From Rhodoferax sp. (GTDB taxonomy: Bacteria; Pseudomonadota; Gammaproteobacteria; Burkholderiales; Burkholderiaceae_C), in contig JAXHOO010000033.1 in assembly GCA_034519365.1 (NCBI GenBank), positions 7,850-71,849 on the forward strand: DNA of 64,000 nt, read 5' to 3'. A program made the position numbers and the translations under genes. This document shows positions 61,082 through 64,000 of this stretch, in pieces (the first letter of the stretch is position 1; every line of letters starts with the position of its first letter). The notes under the pieces were generated by a model. It was not told the DNA's origin, searched no databases, and was given only the letters and a program-made list of their open reading frames with translations.

Positions 61082-61365
61082 CTGTGAATACAGAACGCAA
61101 CTATTTAGAGCGAATCGCATATCTTGCTTACTTTTTCTATCAAACGCATGAAGAACAGGGTGGCAACGGTCATTCAGCACTGATCAGGTTAGTCAACCCG
61201 GCCCCAGGAAAAGCAAAAATGACCTACCTCAGGTCAATGGTGCTTCACGGGTTTATCCGCCAACAAAATCTGAGCATCACCCACGCTGCCATTGAAACTG
61301 CGAAGGGCCTGCGTTCTGCAGGTTATGCACCTTGTGAAATAACCGAGGAGCAAGACCAACTTTGA
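61078..61365 (+). CDS. Hypothetical protein
   Basis: ATGA overlap with the upstream ORF; low GC. Confidence 0.5.
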   Translation: MTVNTERNYLERIAYLAYFFYQTHEEQGGNGHSALIRLVNPAPGKAKMTYLRSMVLHGFIRQQNLSITHAAIETAKGLRSAGYAPCEITEEQDQL

Positions 61366-61366
61366 A

Positions 61367-61861
61367 ATGATTTGCCGTCGGTACGAGCATCCGTTTGCAC
61401 AAACCCCGTCTGTGCGCAATCCACGCTGTTGTTTACGCTTGATTCGTTTGTTGTGGCTCATGTGTGCACATGATGTAGGTAACCATAGTCGCGCACTCGA
61501 GTGGTTCTTTCCGAACGACGAAATCTTGATCGGCCGCAGTGTCAATGCCCCTACGCATGGCTTTCACCCGGAACATGTAGTGCCATGCGCCTATATCCGT
61601 GACCAAGTTTTTACACGATTTCAGGTGCGGCCATTGGTAGATGGCTATGACGAGGATGGGCAATGTGCACGCGACATGTGTCGATTCATTGATCGATTGA
61701 TGGCTGTTGCATACATCTCAAAAGCGGAAGCTGCGATTTTGGATACGGGAGATAAAGCACTGAAAAGCTCTATGCCCGCAGGATGGAACCCTGAGACCGG
61801 TGACATATTGGATCGGCTCAAGTTGATCCGCGACTTTGAAAATCTTCTACCTATGACCTGA
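61367..61861 (+). CDS. Hypothetical protein with an HNH-like EHVVP motif
   Basis: HPEHVVPC...ISKAEAAILD...MPAGW; starts 1 nt after the upstream stop. Confidence 0.55.
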   Translation: MICRRYEHPFAQTPSVRNPRCCLRLIRLLWLMCAHDVGNHSRALEWFFPNDEILIGRSVNAPTHGFHPEHVVPCAYIRDQVFTRFQVRPLVDGYDEDGQCARDMCRFIDRLMAVAYISKAEAAILDTGDKALKSSMPAGWNPETGDILDRLKLIRDFENLLPMT

Positions 61862-61898
61862 CTCGTCCGATACAAGTATTTTTACCTCCGTTGCCATT

Positions 61899-62107
61899 TC
61901 ACTCAAAATTGGCCACCGCATTTTCAATGTAGTCAGGGCGTGCCCTTCCACATTCCTCATCAATGCGCTCAGAAATATTTCTGACCAATTGCGCCATGGC
62001 GTGGACACGCGCATCTCCACCTTTGAAATGAATGCGTAGTGAGCCCAACTTGGATTTCACCTGGGTTACGACAACAGGAGGTACCTCAAGGGCTATCACC
62101 AATCCTG
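61899..62107 (-). pseudogene. 3' fragment of an IS-interrupted hypothetical gene
   Basis: VVTQVKSKLGSLRIHF...SERIDEECGR resembles the C-terminal half of the family whose N-terminus lies at 63197-63352. Confidence 0.65.
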
Positions 62108-62164
62108 TGACCTGCCCCCAATCCCCGTACCAATTTAAATTCTAGGAGCCCGGGGTTTGCAAGA

Positions 62165-63010
62165 TTAACTGATCCCTTGATCTGTCTTGCTGGGTTGCTT
62201 TGAATCGCCAGTTAACTGGCGATTCAAAGCGGCGAATGTTGCCGGCGGTACACGTCCGCAACTGCTGTGGGGTCTGATCTCGTTGTAGTCCGTTCTCCAA
62301 TTTGCGATGGTTTGGCGGGCCTGCTCCAAGGATTCAAACCAGTTCTCGTCCAGGCATTCATCCCTGAAGGTTCCGTTGAAACTCTCGATGTAAGCGTTCT
62401 GCGTCGGGCTGCCGGGCTCGATCAGGATGTGTTTGATGCCGTGCTTTTGCACCCACGTCATGAATGCCCTGCAAGTAAATCCCGGTCCGTTGTCAGTCCT
62501 AACTTCTCTCGGGTAGCCCCGGAACGTGGCCGCACGGTCCAGCAGTCGGGTGACATATGCACCGCCAATACCAAAGTCCACTGAGATATCCACGCACTCA
62601 TGGCTGAAGTCATCGGCCACCGTGAGGCATTTGATGCGCCGTGATACCGAACCTGGGCGGCTGATGGCATCTGACACAAAGTCCATGCTCCATGTTTGAT
62701 TGACCGCCATGGCTGCTACCAGCGGCACGCGCACGCCAATGCGCTTGGTCTTCTTGCGTTTCCTGATGGACAAGCCTTCAGCGGTATAGAGGCGGTAGAC
62801 CCGCTTGTGGTTGATTCCAGGGTACTGCGGACGCAGCACGTCGTGGATCATGCGGTAACCCCAGCGCCTGCGAGCGTGCGCCGTCTGGACGATTTGGTCG
62901 CGCAGCTCCACATTGAGCGCACTGACGTGGCCCACATGGCGGTAGGTATCTCGGCTTAGCCCCACAAGGGCGCAGGCGTGGCGCTCAGACATTTGGTGAT
63001 GGATCACCAT
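62165..63010 (-). CDS. IS3 family transposase OrfB (integrase core)
   Basis: NHKRVYRLY, WSMDFVSD, RTDNG and QNAYIESFNGTFRDECL motifs. Confidence 0.92.
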   Translation of the reverse strand: MVIHHQMSERHACALVGLSRDTYRHVGHVSALNVELRDQIVQTAHARRRWGYRMIHDVLRPQYPGINHKRVYRLYTAEGLSIRKRKKTKRIGVRVPLVAAMAVNQTWSMDFVSDAISRPGSVSRRIKCLTVADDFSHECVDISVDFGIGGAYVTRLLDRAATFRGYPREVRTDNGPGFTCRAFMTWVQKHGIKHILIEPGSPTQNAYIESFNGTFRDECLDENWFESLEQARQTIANWRTDYNEIRPHSSCGRVPPATFAALNRQLTGDSKQPSKTDQGIS

Positions 63011-63042
63011 GTTTAAAACAGCCTCGCGTTTGACTTGTGGGG

Positions 63043-63183
63043 CTAGCGCTTTGTGCCGAAGACGCTCTTAAGCGCATGGATGTCCAAGTGCGCTTCGGCC
63101 AGCAGTCGCTTGAGCTTGCCGTTCTCCAACTCCAGTTCGCGCAGCCGTTTGGCTTCGCTGGCGTCCATGCCGCCGTACTTGGA
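63043..63183 (-). pseudogene. IS3 OrfA C-terminal fragment (N-terminal HTH missing)
   Basis: SKYGGMDASEAKRLRELELENGKLKRLLAEAHLDIHALKSVFGTKR*; no upstream start. Confidence 0.8.
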
Positions 63184-63196
63184 ATATTTTTTTTTT

Positions 63197-63352
63197 CACT
63201 TGAACCTCAGCACAAAAAGCGTCAATAAGATGGAACCATCCATCTCCGCAATCAAACCCCCAGCACATGCTGCTTTCTTCAGCTGTCAGGTTCCGCTCCA
63301 CAAAAAGCGCGGGGTAGTTCTGGCATAGGTAGTCATCTAGCGCCGGTCTCAT
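63197..63352 (-). pseudogene. 5' fragment of an IS-interrupted hypothetical gene
   Basis: RBS AGGAGG, then MRPALDDYLCQNYPALF...MCWGFDCGDGWFHLIDAFCAEVQ up to the IS junction. Confidence 0.65.
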
Positions 63353-63555
63353 ATTGGCACATCCTCCTGGGGACTTCGGTTTCGGGCATCGCCTGACGTT
63401 ACGCAGGGAGACGACACGGTGTGCCACATCATCCGTGGCTGAGATATTTGTCAATATCCGTCGCACTTTGGCGCATCTTTTCTGAAGATGCATTCCACTT
63501 CTCGAATCGAGAGACGCTTCATGAACTCAAAACCATCGATGCCACAGAAAGTCTT

Positions 63556-64000
63556 ATGGAAACCAACTCCCCCGATTCGCGCTCGCAGCACAACCTGTTT
63601 GAAGAAAATTTGCGCATTCTGAACAGCAAACTACGCCGAGGTGAGGTGACCCTGTTTGCAGGGAGACCTGACATGGGGACATCGTCAATGGCAATGCACC
63701 TTGCTCTGGAGCGTGGCTTACGCCAAAGCCAACCTGTGTATGTCTTTTCCAGTGCGTGGGGGTTGGACAATTGGGCAACCGAACTAGCTTGGCGAGCCGC
63801 AGACCTGAATCCAGTTCACAGACCCTGGCGCATCCCAGACTTTCAGGAAAAATATGCGCTGAAAAATGCTGCGCTTGCTTTGAAGTCTGCACCCATTACT
63901 TTGTGGCGGGAAATTTACATGCCACCGGACTGCCTTCCCAATTACATACCAGAAGTTATCCCTTTAGCTCTGGTTGACACTTTGCTGTGTATTGACTTTC
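63556..64000 (+). CDS. DnaB-like helicase C-terminal domain protein with degenerate Walker A (runs off right edge)
   Basis: Absent from the ORF track. Manual translation: METNSPDS...LRRGEVTLFAGRPDMGTSSMAMHLAL...QPVYVFS...ALKSAPITL...LLCIDF. Confidence 0.65.
   Translation, partial: METNSPDSRSQHNLFEENLRILNSKLRRGEVTLFAGRPDMGTSSMAMHLALERGLRQSQPVYVFSSAWGLDNWATELAWRAADLNPVHRPWRIPDFQEKYALKNAALALKSAPITLWREIYMPPDCLPNYIPEVIPLALVDTLLCIDF

Larger units (their letters stand above)
62108..63190 (-). mobile_element. IS3 family (IS407-like) insertion sequence with missing or garbled left end
   Basis: Terminal IR TGACCTGCCCCC at 62108, DDE orfB, and a C-terminal orfA fragment (KYGGMDASEAKRLRELELENGKLKRLLAE) ending in a T-run near 63190. 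Confidence 0.9.

Overview
GC-rich betaproteobacterial chromosome. Gene content and order look like Comamonadaceae (Rhodoferax/Curvibacter-like); this is an inference. Positions 1-57.8 kb are mostly core genes: the Pil-Chp chemosensory operon (chpA runs off the left edge), hemL, gmhA, purH-fis-dusB, ychF, dsbC, a CAT-anticodon tRNA, ompA, glmS/glmU, slt, cca, a two-component pair, ttcA, phoD, ruvB and an alpha carbonic anhydrase. The most striking unexplained signal is a dispersed ~65-bp element with fixed internal spacing (GCTA-N9-TAGC-N5-GCGC-N11-GGGC-TAGAGGCC). I found at least 9 copies. Five lie in-frame inside coding sequences (glmU, cca twice, an M61 peptidase, a desaturase-YhhN fusion), and four sit at or just after stop codons. 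From 57.8 kb to the right edge lies an accessory, defence-like island. It contains a stand-alone FtsK-gamma domain, a Cas4/AddB-like nuclease-DEDD exonuclease fusion (DUF2779-like), a WYL regulator with candidate operators, a 19-aa repeat protein, an HNH-like ORF, an IS3-split gene and a Walker-A-degenerate DnaB-like ORF. A 1-kb purine-rich stretch (10.8-11.8 kb), local frameshifts and a garbled IS end suggest low-quality assembly in places. All family calls come from motif recognition by eye; no searches were run.
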